Shown piece by piece: positions 1-13,853 of a stretch of 64,000 nt of DNA. Where the stretch lies: NCBI RefSeq assembly GCF_009914755.1, contig NC_060929.1; one strand, 5' to 3'. The position numbers were made by a program, and so were the translations under genes. The notes beneath the pieces are model-generated. The model searched no databases, was not told the DNA's origin, and worked only from the letters and a program-made list of their open reading frames with translations. The stretch's first letter is position 1. Each line of letters starts with the position of its first letter. The DNA comes from the human T2T-CHM13v2.0 reference genome, Homo sapiens.

Positions 1-1220
1 GGAACTTTGATCTTGAGAGAGATGATTTAGGGTATCTGGGGGAAGAAATTTCTAAGTGGCAAAGCATTCAAGAGGAAGCAGGGCACAAAATTTGGAAAAT
101 TTGCAGCCTGATGATGTGAAAGAAAAGAAAAACCCATTTTCTGGGGATAAATTCAAGCCTGCTGCAGAAATTTGCAGAAGTAACAAGGAATTGAATGTTA
201 ATCACCAAGACAATGGGGAAATGTCTACAGGCCATGTCAGAATGCTTCATGGCAGCCCCTCCCATCAAAACCTGGAAGCCTAAGAGGAAAAAATGGTTTC
301 CTATGCCAGGTTCAGGGCCCCCCTACTGTGTTTAGCCTAGGGACTTGGCTCCCTGCATCCCAGCAGCTCCAGCCATGACTGAAAGGGGCCAATGTATAGC
401 TCGGGCCATGGCTTCAGAAGGTGCAAGACCCAACCCTTGGCAGCTTCCACATGGTGTTGAGCCTATAGGTGCACAGAAACCAAGAATTGAGGCTTGGGAA
501 CCTATGCCTAGATTTCAGGGGATGTATGGAAACGTCTGGATGTTCAGGCAGAAGTTTGCTGCAGGGGTGGAATCCTTATGGAGAACCTCTGCTAGGGCAG
601 TGTGGAAGGGAAATGTGGAGTTGGAGCCCCGACACAGAGTCCCCACTAGGGCATTATCTAATGGAGCTGTGAGAAGAGGACTACTGTCCTCCAGACCCCA
701 TTATAGTAGGTCAGCCAACAGCTTGCACCATGCACCTAGAAAAGCCTCAGACACTCAATGCCAGCCCATGAAAGCAGCCAGGAGGGGAGCTTTAGCCCAC
801 AAAGCCATTGGGGCGGAGCTGACCAAGGCTGTGGGACGCCCACTTCTTGCATCAGCATGACCAGGATTTGAGACATGGAGTCAAAGGAGATCGTTTTGGA
901 ACTTTAAGGTTTAATGACTGTCCTATTGGATTTTGGACTTGCATGGGGCCTGTAGCCCCTTTGTTTTGGCCAGTTTCTCCCATTTAGAATGGGTGTATTT
1001 ACCTAATTCCTATACCTCCATTGTATTTGGGAAGTAACTACCTTGCTTTTGATTTTACAGGCTCATACGTGGAAGGGACTTGCCTTGTCTCAGGTGAGAC
1101 CTTGCACTTGAACTTTTGAGTTAATGCTGAAATGAGTTAAGACTTTGGGGGACTTTTGGGAAAGCATTATTGTGTTTTGAAATGTGAGGACATGAGATTT
1201 GGGAGGGGCCAGCGGTGGAT
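1..1220 (+). mobile_element. MaLR (THE1-type) internal sequence, running off the window start
   Basis: THE1-int-like text (gaactttgatcttgagagagatgatttagggtatctgg; catgagatttgggaggggccag purine tract) directly before the LTR. ORFs 56-283 and 345-860 are its degenerate frames. Confidence 0.9.
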
Positions 1221-1596
1221 TAATATGGCTTGGCTGTGTCCCCACCCAACTCTCATCTTAAATTGCAGTTCCTATAATCCCCATGTGTCCTGGAAGGGAT
1301 CCAGTGGGACATAATTGAATCATGGGGACGGTTACTCCCATGCTGCAGTTGTCATGATAGTGAGTGAGATCCTGTGAGATCTGATGGTTTTATAAGGAGC
1401 TTTTCTACCTTTTCCTCAGCACTTCTCTCTTGCCTGCCACCACGTAAGACATGCCTTTGCTCCTCCTTCATCTTCTGCCATGATTGTAAGGCCTCCCTAG
1501 CCATGTGGAACTGTGAGTCCATTAAACCTCTATTTCTTTATAAATTACCCAGTCTTGCGTATGTCTTTATTAGCAGGGTGAAAATAGATTTATACA
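1221..1596 (+). mobile_element. THE1 (THE1D-like) 3' LTR
   Basis: Starts taatatggcttggctgtgtccccacccaa (consensus tgatatggtttggctgtgtcccc) and ends ataaattacccagtc...gatttataca. Confidence 0.9.
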
Positions 1597-2130
1597 GGTA
1601 TCATCATAATAAAACTCACTAGCAAATTTTTAACTTTTCTGCTACTAATTTGCTAGATGAATTTAGTATATCATTTAAACTTGCTGGGCTTTATTTTCTT
1701 TGCAACAAACCAATAAACAAAACAAACCTCATTTTTATTCTATGTTGTTCTATTTGTCATCTAAATTCAGTGCACACTCCTTAACATAATACTCCAGACC
1801 CTCTGAATTCCTGATGCAGTCTGTGACTACACTCATTTTCCTCACTCCAAATGTCCACAGATCAGAAGATAAATCACCTGAAATTCTTGTTTTTCCTTGG
1901 ACATACCCAATTCTCTCATACTTGATTTTGTTCCTGTTTTGAAAGCTGTCTGCTTCTTTGTTAAAATGCAAGGCAGTATTCAAGGCCTAGATTTGGGAAT
2001 CATCACCCACCCCTCACAACTATCCTTCAGACTCAGTTTAGTTTCCCTCCTCTGCTAAACCATTGTATTTCTGAAGCAATGTTCTTTGTTTATACCTTTA
2101 TAGCGCTCAATGAGCATTCTATTTGGTGCA

Positions 2131-2295
2131 TGCTATGGTTTGATTGCTTCCTCCAAAAACAGTATGTTGCCAACTGAGTCCTCAATGCAACAGTCTTGGG
2201 AGGTGTGGCCTAATGAGATGATTGAGCCATGAGGCCTCTGCCCTCATTAATGGATTAATGCCATTATCACGAGAGTGTATTTCTTATACAAGCCA
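2131..2295 (+). mobile_element. MST/MLT1A-type MaLR LTR 5' fragment
   Basis: tgctatggtttga...ctccaaaa...gggaggtgtggcct...catgaggcctctgccctcattaatggattaatgcc. Confidence 0.7.
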
Positions 2296-2729
2296 AAGCT
2301 TGAAAGTAATAGTCCCATCTCTCTGCAAAGGTCAGCAATGTTGCAGATCATTTTCTGATCTCATAGTCAAGTTTCAGGAATTTGGTACTTTCCCCTGTTT
2401 CTGATAATCATCTGGTCTATTCTAATAACTGAGGCCCTGTTTTGTTTCCCCTTGTTTAGGTCCATGACTCAATTTATCATGCAGAGAATATGGTCTTGGA
2501 GGTGTAAAAAGAGACATATGGTTTAGGGAAACTTCTGACTCACACCTCTAGGAAGACTAGATATTGGATTGTTTAAATACATATATATGCATGCACACAC
2601 AGAAGGCAAGAGCAAAACAACACCACCAACAAAAGGCAGTATTGTAAGAATGAGGAACACCATAAGCCCAAATGGCAAAGTGAAAAAGAAGAATAATAAT
2701 GGGGCTGAGTTGCTAAGAGATGAATGAAA

Positions 2730-3245
2730 GGCAAAAAGAATAAAATACCTAGGAATACAGCTAACCAGCGAGGTGAAATGTCTCTTCAGAGAAATACAAA
2801 TCACTACTGAAAGAAATCAGAGATGAGACAAACCAATGTAAAAACATTCCATGCTCATGGATAGGAATAATCAATATTGTTAAAATGGCCCTACTACTGA
2901 AAGCAATTTACATATTCAATGTTATTCCTATCAAAGTAACAATGACATTTTTTACAGACTTATAAACAACTATTCTAAAATTCATATGGAACAAAAAAAG
3001 GGCCCAAATAGCCAAAGCAACTCTAAACAAAAAGAACAAAGCTGGAATCTAGAGGCATCAAACAACTGGACTTCAAACTGTACTACAAGGCTACAGGAAC
3101 TGAAATAACATGGTACTGGTACAAAAATAGACACATAGACCAATGAAAGAGGTTAGATAATACATTAACAGAGCCACACACCTAAAACCATCTGATTTTA
3201 TGGACCCCTTCATTTCACCATATACAAAAATAAACTTTAGATGGA
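2730..3245 (+). mobile_element. L1 ORF2 fragment (left part, interrupted by THE1)
   Basis: aaagaataaaatacctaggaatacagctaacc; aacattccatgctcatggatagga; catggtactggtacaaaaatagacacatagaccaatg all match L1 ORF2. Confidence 0.92.
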
Positions 3246-4737
<1,492 letters not shown>

Positions 4738-5533
4738 ATGGATTAAACACTTAAAAGTAAAACCTAAAAGTATAAAAACCCTAGAAGAAAATCTAGGAAA
4801 TACTATTCAGGACATTGGCCCTGGCAAACATTTCATGATGAAGACTCCAAAAGCAATTGCAACAAGAGCAAAGATTGACAAGTCAGACCTAATTAAACTA
4901 AAAAGCTTCTGCACAGCAAAACAAACTATCAACAGAGTAAACAGACAATCTAGAGAATGGAAGCAAATATTCACAAACTATGTATCCAACAAAGGTCTAA
5001 TATCCAGAATCTATATGGAACTTAAACAAATCAACAAGCAAAAAACAAACAACTCCATTAAAAAATGGGCAAAGGACATGAACAGACACTTCTCAAAAGA
5101 AAACATACATGAAGCCAACAGACATATGAAAAAATTCTCAACATCCCCGTATTTAGTTTCTCCAATTTGCATTAGAGAAATGCAAATCAAAACCACAATG
5201 AGATGCAATCTCATACCAGTCAGAATGGCTATTAGTAAAAAGTTAAAAAAATACAAAAACCAAAAAACAGATGCTGGCAAGGGTACAAGTAAAAGGGAAC
5301 ACTTATACATGGCTGGTGGGAATGTAAATTAGTTCAGTCACTGTAGAGAGCAGTTTGGAGATAACTCAAAGAACTTAAAACAGAACTACCATTTGACCCA
5401 GCAATCCCATTATTGGGTATATACCCAAAGGAATATAAGTCATTCTACTACAAAGACACATGCACAAGTATGTTCACTGAAGCACTATTCATGATAGCAA
5501 AGACATGGAATCAATGGAATATATTCCATGTTT

Positions 5534-5591
<58 letters not shown>

Positions 5592-5655
5592 ATGGAATAC
5601 GATCCATGGACTATATTCCATGGTGTATATATATATCCATGGAATATATTCCATG

Positions 5656-5688
<33 letters not shown>

Positions 5689-6072
5689 CACCATGCAATA
5701 CTATGCAGCCTTAAAAAGAAGAAAATCATGTCCTTTGCAGCAACATGGATGCAGCTGGAGGCCATTATCCTCAGCAAATCACACAGGAATGGAAAACCAA
5801 ATACTTCATGTTCTCATTGATAAGTAGGAGAAAAACACTGAATACATATGGACATAATGAAGGGAGCAATAGATAGACATCAGGGCCTACTTGAGGGTGG
5901 AGGGTAGAAAGAGGGTGATGATCAAACAACTACCTATTGGGTACTATACTAGTTACTTGGGTGACAAAATAATTTGTGTACACCAAACTTCCATGACTTG
6001 AAATTTATCCATGTAACAAACCTGCACATGTACCCCTTGAACCTAAATTAAAAGTTAGAAAGAAGAAAAAAT
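4738..6072 (+). mobile_element. L1 ORF2 C-terminal part and 3' UTR (older L1PA/L1PB type)
   Basis: ORF 4673-5332 contains [15 protein letters not shown]...[10 protein letters not shown]...[12 protein letters not shown] (L1 ORF2p). 3' UTR aacaaacctgcacatgtacccc followed by an A-rich tail. Confidence 0.95.
5514..5690. repeat. Compound (TA)n(CA)n / (TG)n(TA)n microsatellite with CATGGAATATATTCCATG palindromic units
   Basis: Read directly; perfect palindromes at 5514-5529 and 5637-5656. Confidence 0.95.
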
Positions 6073-6841
6073 GAGATACGTGAAAGGATAGGGTAGGAAA
6101 TAGTTTGTTAGAAAGGTATAGGGGGATGCTGAGGGCCCAAAAGCTAAAAATAAAACTCACAATATATCACAGCTTACCCAGACAGCATTGCCGAATAGTT
6201 CTAATTGTTCTTCCTTAAGCGGACTCTTACATATTGCTTTGAAATATTCTTAATCATATTAAAAAGGTTTGTAGCTATTTATGGGTAATGACAACATGTA
6301 GGATTTGAAGTTATACTGCTAATACATGGATAACATGATCAGTACATTTCTGTTGGTGAGGCTACGGATGATTTTATTACATCTTTGGTTCTCTCACTCA
6401 ACCGAATTTTTCTGCATTAAGAATTTTGTTGTCTTTTACAGAAAAGCAAACCTATTAATGTTAAAAAATATTTGGAGAAAAAATATAAACATAAACATTA
6501 AAAAATAGACTCAAAGTCATATGCCACTTTATTTACAAAGTCTATCTTTGGATGGTTGAAATATATACATTTTAAAATTTTATTTACTTATTTATTGTTT
6601 TACTTTGTATCTATTATCCAACTTTTCATCTCCTGGCATATATTATTTTTAATCAGAGAAATATGAGTAATAGTATAGATTAAAAATATGGGAAGAAATA
6701 TTCTGAAATATTAAGAATGGTTATCTTGAGGTGGTGGTACTTTAGGAGATTTCCTTCTGTAGATACTTTCTTTTGAACGGTTGCTATAATGGAAACTCTT
6801 AGAAGTTAAACTTTATCTAAAGTAACTCAACAAATCGATAT

Positions 6842-6981
6842 CTAAATATTGCATAATTAGTATGCAATATTTAGGTAAAGAGTTATATACCATAATTAGT
6901 ATGGGTATAGAACTAAAAAGTTATATACCATATATATCATAATTAGTTATATACCATAATTAGTATGGTATATAACTCTTT
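6842..6981. repeat. AT-rich nested inverted/direct repeat built on cataattagtatg
   Basis: ctaaatattgcata-attag-tatgcaatatttag and agttatataccata-attag-tatggtatataact. Confidence 0.9.
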
Positions 6982-8397
6982 CTAGAACAGCTTTTTTTTA
7001 GAAAGCTATATTACATTAATACCATATGTTCTAAATAACTATCATATTTCCTTTTATGCATGTCTTTTTGACAATGCCTATTTTTAAAATCCCTCAGAAC
7101 ATTTTTTAAAAGGTTGGAATAATTAATTGCCTGATGCAGTAAGCATTAAGTTAATAATGTAATGTTTATTCATTTATTTTGCAATAGTACTTCAAACTTC
7201 TTTTATTTGAATACTGGCAATGTGATAATAAATGAAAATATTTTCAAGACTGATTTTATCGATAGTCACTCTAACTCAAGTGATTAAAGAGAATATCATA
7301 GTCTGTAGTTACTAAATGATAGTTTTATTCCCTGCAAAATAGTTATTCATCTTGGTTGGCTGCTCTAGTGGAATTTTGTTTATGACTCTAAGACTTGCAT
7401 TAGAAGGCAGCTGTGTCTTAGTCTTGCTTTAAATTCTTATTAATATAGTTCACAAAGAAAGGACAACTAGTCAAAGAACCAAAATGTATATATCTTAATC
7501 CTAAAAATGCTATCACTTCAAAGTGAATTACAGCACTATATGGAAAAAGGCTTGCATTGTTATTTAAGTTCATCCATTCAACAGGATTAAAATAAATGGT
7601 GCACTTACCTCACACAGCACTGAAATGCATGGTGATGAAAAGAAAGGGTGAACTTCAAAGAGGCAATGTGCAAGATTTCAGATTTGATGGAGGGATTTAC
7701 TTCTCAAATTGTCATTGCCATTGACTGGATTTACTAATCAATGAGCAAAAATTGAATGAAATGAGAAGCTGTGCCTAAAACTAGTAAATCTATAATTCAT
7801 ATTTTACTTTTGCTTGTTGAAAGACAGGGCAATTTTGATCAGTGGCTGAGACAGCATTATATATGAACCCTAAACTTTTATTCTGGGCCTTTACCTAAGG
7901 CTATTTCAAAATCACACCTAAATTTGTTTAATAATGTAATTATTAATTTAGAAAATTTAAAAAAAAATAATATTTAGAATTCTACAGTTTAATCATGCCT
8001 TGATTTATCTGGCCTTGTGAATTTATGTTCAGGTCTTACATTTTTAGCCTTTGTTTATTTTACATTGCTTCAGCTATTTTTTCAAGCGTTAGGTTGATTA
8101 TCTAGGTCATAAATCTTACTTTGTCACTGAAATTTTATATTATACAAAATGCCTGATTAATTAAATAAAATTAATCAAAACTACTGTATAGACCGAGCAG
8201 GTTTAGTGATTAGTTGTCACATATTTTTCCAATAATTATTTTAAGCCAATTCATTTCCTTTCTAAAAATACATACATGAGTACTAATCATGATTCATTTG
8301 AGGTGTGTGTACCATGACTTATGGCAGCTATGAGCAGAATGTCATCCTTTAAAAAATATTTTTTGCAGAGTTTCGCTTTGGGATGATTAAAAAAAAA

Positions 8398-8545
8398 ACT
8401 TTTAGAAATAGTAGAAATGGCTGTGTAACATTGTAATGTAACTAATGCCACTGAATGGGATACTTAAAACTGTTAAAATTTCATATTTTATACTCTATAT
8501 ATTGTATTACAATAAAAACTTTTAAAAAGAAACAAGAAAAAAGAA
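8398..8545 (+). mobile_element. L1M (L1MB/ME-type) 3' end fragment
   Basis: aacattgtaatgtaactaatgccactgaatgggatacttaaaa...acaataaaaa. Confidence 0.65.
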
Positions 8546-10980
8546 ATTAAATTGTATGTTTGCTTTATAATCACAACTAACATTTTTGAAACTTTGGATC
8601 AAAGGATTTATGTCACTATATCACTACAGGTTAGTGAAGATGATAGGTTTTTACTGGAAATTTTGGGAAAGAAATAGTTGTAAGGTGTTCTCATCAGGAA
8701 CTTTGTACCAATTCTCCCTGGTTAAATATGAACCGGACTTTCAAAGTCTACTGAGTGAAAGCTGCAGCATTTTCAGTTGGTAATGTCTTGAAATTTTCCA
8801 TCTGATTTAGTCAGCTAGGGGTTTTAGGAGTTCCCTTTCCAATATTGAGGTTGAGGTGGTTGGCAACTTGATCCTTTTATTGCTTCTGGGTCCCTCCCTC
8901 AACTCTCTACAGCAGCCAAATGCTGTTCAGAGGCATGTGGGGAACCAAAAAGTGTGAATCTCACATCCTCTTAAAATTCTGTCTTTCTGTTTGGACTAGT
9001 CATCCCAATATACAAAACCATCTCTGAGAAATGGAAAGGGAAAAGCTCAGAGTGAGAGAAGTGGGATATTTCAAAATTTTGCCAAAAACAGCAAGGCCGG
9101 AAAATCCTTGGCAAAACAGAAGAGCTGGCTACTTTAACACCTTTCTCATTCCTAGGATCCCGGGTGATTGAATCTGGCCTCCCGTTAACTACAGTGCTAC
9201 TGTCCCCAAAGGTTCTGTTTTTGCAGGTGGAAAAGCAGTCGGAGCAGCGGCACCTTTTCTCCAACTCAAACATTCTTTTCCAGGCCCTCTGTGGAGCAGT
9301 CTGCTCCAGTGAGCACAGCATTCAGTTATCAAATCCCTGAAGGCCCATTAGACCTTAACCAAATGACAGCCTGTAAAGTTCCTTGGCGCGAAGAATTAAG
9401 TTGAGTTGTTAACCTTCCCCATGCAAAGGACAACAAAGAAATTCTAGTAAGAGGTAAAAGGACAGACACTCAATTTACTGTTTTACTATTAAATTCTCAT
9501 CTTTTGCTCATGGAAATAAATGTGCTCGCTTTTCACAGCCATTTTCCTTTGGCAACTGGCATAGGTGGCTACCTGTAGCAGCAGCCTCTTTGCCTCTCTG
9601 CCATTTATTATCCCATTCCAGCTTGCTGCCTACTCCACTCAAGCACCTTATATAAAGTGATACTGCTTAAGCTGAAGTGCTAAAGTCTACCCACCCTAAA
9701 TGGGATATGGAAATGTGGGAATATTAGCCCTTAAACAGTAGGCTAAAATTTCTTTCATCCATAGATCCCTCAGGCAAACGGGATTTTAAAGCCAAACTCG
9801 CAGGTTGCCTTTTGCTTTTGCTTTGTAAATCAGCAGTTGGATGTGTAACTGGGACTTTTTTTTTTTTTTTTTTAATGTCAAAATGACCCTTGGGTGTTGA
9901 TCTGGCAAGTGGAAATAACATAGAAGGGCTGTATAAGTAGTTCTGGAATGGCAGTTAAAATCTCATAATCTGACTTTAACAATTGATTTTGCTCCAAATT
10001 TCCATATTGGTATTATTCAGCTTTTGGCCCAGGATCGGGAAATGGAACTTTTCCCAATGAAACTCAGACTAAGCTTAATATTGGACTTATGCTGCTCATA
10101 GTTTGGGTAGGTAAATTTTAAACATCTGATTTGCAGGCCAACTTCTAGAAAAAGAAGATGAAAAGATCATTTCATTTATTCCCCTGGTGGGATGGAACAT
10201 TTTCTTCCAATATGTTTTCCAATTTACTTTTGAAATTTATGGAGCTTAAGAAAAGTACCATTCCATTATCTAACGGTTCTTGCTAATAGGCAGTTTCCTT
10301 AAATATCCAGCCTAAATTTTCCATTGCTCATCTGACTTCAAATCTTCACCATTTTCCAATCATATGGATTTTATAACTTAATGTTTGCTAAATCCTTAGT
10401 TAATAGACATTCTCAAGATTGTAATTTTAAAACAATGCATATTAAGTGATTTTGTTCCCTTAGAAATTCTGTAAACTACTGATTGAATGTGTGAATCATT
10501 TATGCCCTGTCTCTAAAAGAGTGAACACTTTCTATGTAAACAAATGCTCTGGAAAGCGAGAGATGAACTCATTTATTTTGCCTAGCTAAGAGAATTGTTC
10601 TGCTTCGCTTGATGCTGTCAGAGTTTTTAAGAAAGAATAAAATGTAAAGTAAGAATGCTTGTGGTTATTCTCTGAGGTTAAGCCAAGAAAAGTATATATG
10701 GAAAGAAACAATGCATTTTACAGAACTGGTCAGCAGCAATTTCTTTCAATCACTAGTAACCTGTGGGGTGTTCAATCATTGAACACCCAGCAAAAGGTTG
10801 CATCTTTCCTTAGCAGTTCTTTGATATATTGGGAACTTTAGGTCCACTCACAGTTCAATTTTTATATTAGGTATTGAAAAGCCATCCTTACTAGACTTGC
10901 CAATTTAGCTGCTATATGGATTAAAATTGTTGCAAATCTTTTCTGCATATTCCTCCTGATAATTAATTTCAGCTATTTGG

Positions 10981-11218
10981 TAATAACAGCTAATACCAAT
11001 TGAGTACTCACTATGTACCAAGCACTATTTAAAGTGCTTTATCTGAAATAATTTAATTTTACAGAAATCTTTGTTAGATGTACTTATTGGCCCATCTTAC
11101 AGGTGAAAAAAGTAAAGCACTGATTGATTCATTTGCCTAAGGTTTCACCTCTAGAGTGAGGCAAAACCAGGATGAGACTCCTTATTCTCGGTCTCCAGAG
11201 ACCATGCTTTTAACCACA
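10981..11218 (-). mobile_element. MIR SINE
   Basis: Reverse complement of MIR: tgagtactcactatgtaccaagcact...cccatcttacaggtgaaaaa...ttgcctaaggt...tccagagaccatgcttttaaccac. Confidence 0.8.
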
Positions 11219-11644
11219 ATTTTATTATAGTCAAAATGTGAATATTTTTATTATTAAAGAACACTTTACAGCAGCATGTATGGAGTATTCTTGCCAAAAA
11301 TATTAAACATGAATTTGATCAAACCTCTAGATCCAATTTCAAATTTACAGGAAATACAGAGGATAGAGGAATGTGTTAAGGAACCACAGGGATGCTGTCA
11401 GCAAAATCCATACTATGGGAAAGTGGATACATAAGGAATCTGGTTTCTTCAACAAATAAATTGCGAGAGAGAGAGAGAGAGAGAGAGAGAGGAGTGGAAG
11501 CCTATAAGTTAAAAGAGACTTAAGAAGCACATATCAACCAATAACAACAACAACACATGCACTTTATCTGGACCTCTATCCAAGAAAAAAAAACATTAAA
11601 ATTAAGACATTATGAGAATAAATTTAAGTTCTATACATTTTGTA

Positions 11645-11832
11645 AATAATATCATAAAGAGAGTACATGTCTAATGTTGTCATTGCAAAAAATGTTAAAT
11701 ACTTGAGGTTATGTATATGTTAATTAGCTTAATTCAATTTTTCCACATTGTATTAAACAATCATAACACTACTTGTATCCCATAAGTATACATAACTATA
11801 ATTTGTCAATATGTAGTAAAAAATTTAAAAAC
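11645..11832 (+). mobile_element. L1MA 3' end fragment
   Basis: tgaggttatgtatatgttaattagcttaatt...ccacattgta...gtatcccataagtatacataactataatttgtcaat. Confidence 0.65.
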
Positions 11833-12092
11833 GAACGCTAGAGACTTGTTGGTATTAAGAAATCACTGTAAAATTTTTAAAAAGTAATCATGTTGTGGTA
11901 ATGTTTTAAAAAAAGAGACCCATATATATGAGTCTTTTAGTCCATGTATATATTCAATCCATACATTTATATACAAAGTCTATATATATATATTTACCCA
12001 TACATATATATCTCTCTCTAGATAGATATGAATAAAATTATATGTTGTTCAGGATTTCCTTAGAAATATAATGTAATCAGAAATATAATCAG

Positions 12093-12403
<311 letters not shown>

Positions 12404-13466
12404 TCAGGGATGTGACAAGTGGGTAAGGGTATCAAAAATACATATTGGTCATGTGTTGAAAATAATGATATTATGTAATAGGGATATGTGGGTTTGTCTT
12501 GTTTTTGATCTCTTTTTGTATGTTTGAAATTTTCCAAAATTAAAAGCAAAGTAAACTAAAACAAAAATAATAATTAATGGCAGTTCCTGCAATCATTTGA
12601 AAAAAGTGTGATTTATAACAACTTATAAAATTTGTTACTACATAGAAGTAAGCCAAAGGTTTCAAATGCTAATGGTTTTATGTCATAAACTGCCAATTCT
12701 CCTATTTGAATTAGTGTATATTTCTTTCACAGAGAACCTTGTACAGCGTCATGGTGACTTTAAGGGTTAGTCTTTAGTGGGAAAATTTATTTTCAAAAGG
12801 GATCTGACAGCAAATGAAAAGATTGGAAAAATCCTTCAGAGCAGAGTATGATCAGATTTACTATAAGTGGTACTCATTTACCAAAAGTGATTAAATTATA
12901 GTCAGGATGTACCCTGAAGCACCCACTTCAGTAGACAGACTAGAATATATTTAGGAAACGTGGAACACTGCACTCCATCTGTGCTTTACCTTTCACAAAC
13001 TAATCTTATGTTTCCATTATAGTGGCTTGCGCTAACTCTGCTTTCATCACATATTTCATTGGTGCTTAGAACATGACACATGTTGCAAAGACCATATTTT
13101 TCTTAACTTTTTTCTATAGATATTGGAAGACAAACTGCCTATGTAAAACAATCCTTGACTCAAAAAAAAGGTTGGTGTAGTAATGAAGGTTAGAAATGCC
13201 ACAAATGGGAATAGGATCAGCCACAACAAGGGTGTTAACTTTCGCTGGTAATGCATGTCTGGCTTCTTTTAAGCAAGCATAAGTATATGCTTTGGAAAAA
13301 CCTTACCCTACTAGTTATTAGATGTACTTCCTCCATAAATGACAGAAATATCTGGTCTTAAAATTAGCTATTCAGTGTAAGAGTTTCTAAACATATAATC
13401 TGTCAAAAATCATATTCTGGCCTTTGGATACTCAAAAATAAATCATTATGAATTTATGGGGCAAGA

Positions 13467-13501
13467 GCCATATATATACACATACATATATATGTATACA
13501 C

Positions 13502-13533
<32 letters not shown>
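13467..13533. repeat. (TA)n microsatellite
   Basis: Read directly. Confidence 0.95.
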
Positions 13534-13535
<2 letters not shown>

Positions 13536-13761
13536 TCTACAATGTACTATGCTTATGAGAACTACTCATTTATCACATTTGAGTGTAGTTAAGTGGAGTA
13601 CTTCAAAGCCGCATTTGACTTCAGTTTCACTTCTCCACTATAAGTTATCAGTACTCAACAGAGTGAACAATTTGAGAGGTGTGCAACTCTTGATCTCCTT
13701 ATTGATCTCTGTTTTCTCTGATATAAATTATGAGTTTTCATTTTCACTCAACACCCTGCAG

Positions 13762-13853
13762 GAAAGAGAAAACAGATTCAGACTAAAGCACGTGCCTGAC
13801 AATGTGTCTGCTGCATTGCATGAGGCAGCCTTGCTGCAGCCAACCATAGTGGG
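13762..13853 (+). other. Candidate 92-bp internal exon (unverified)
   Basis: Acceptor ttttcattttcactcaacaccctgcag| and donor GGG|gtaagt in unique sequence. Confidence 0.3.

Noticed and set aside
345-860. 171-aa ORF as a gene
   Set aside because: Lies wholly within THE1/MaLR internal sequence and begins at a TTG; a degenerate retroelement frame.
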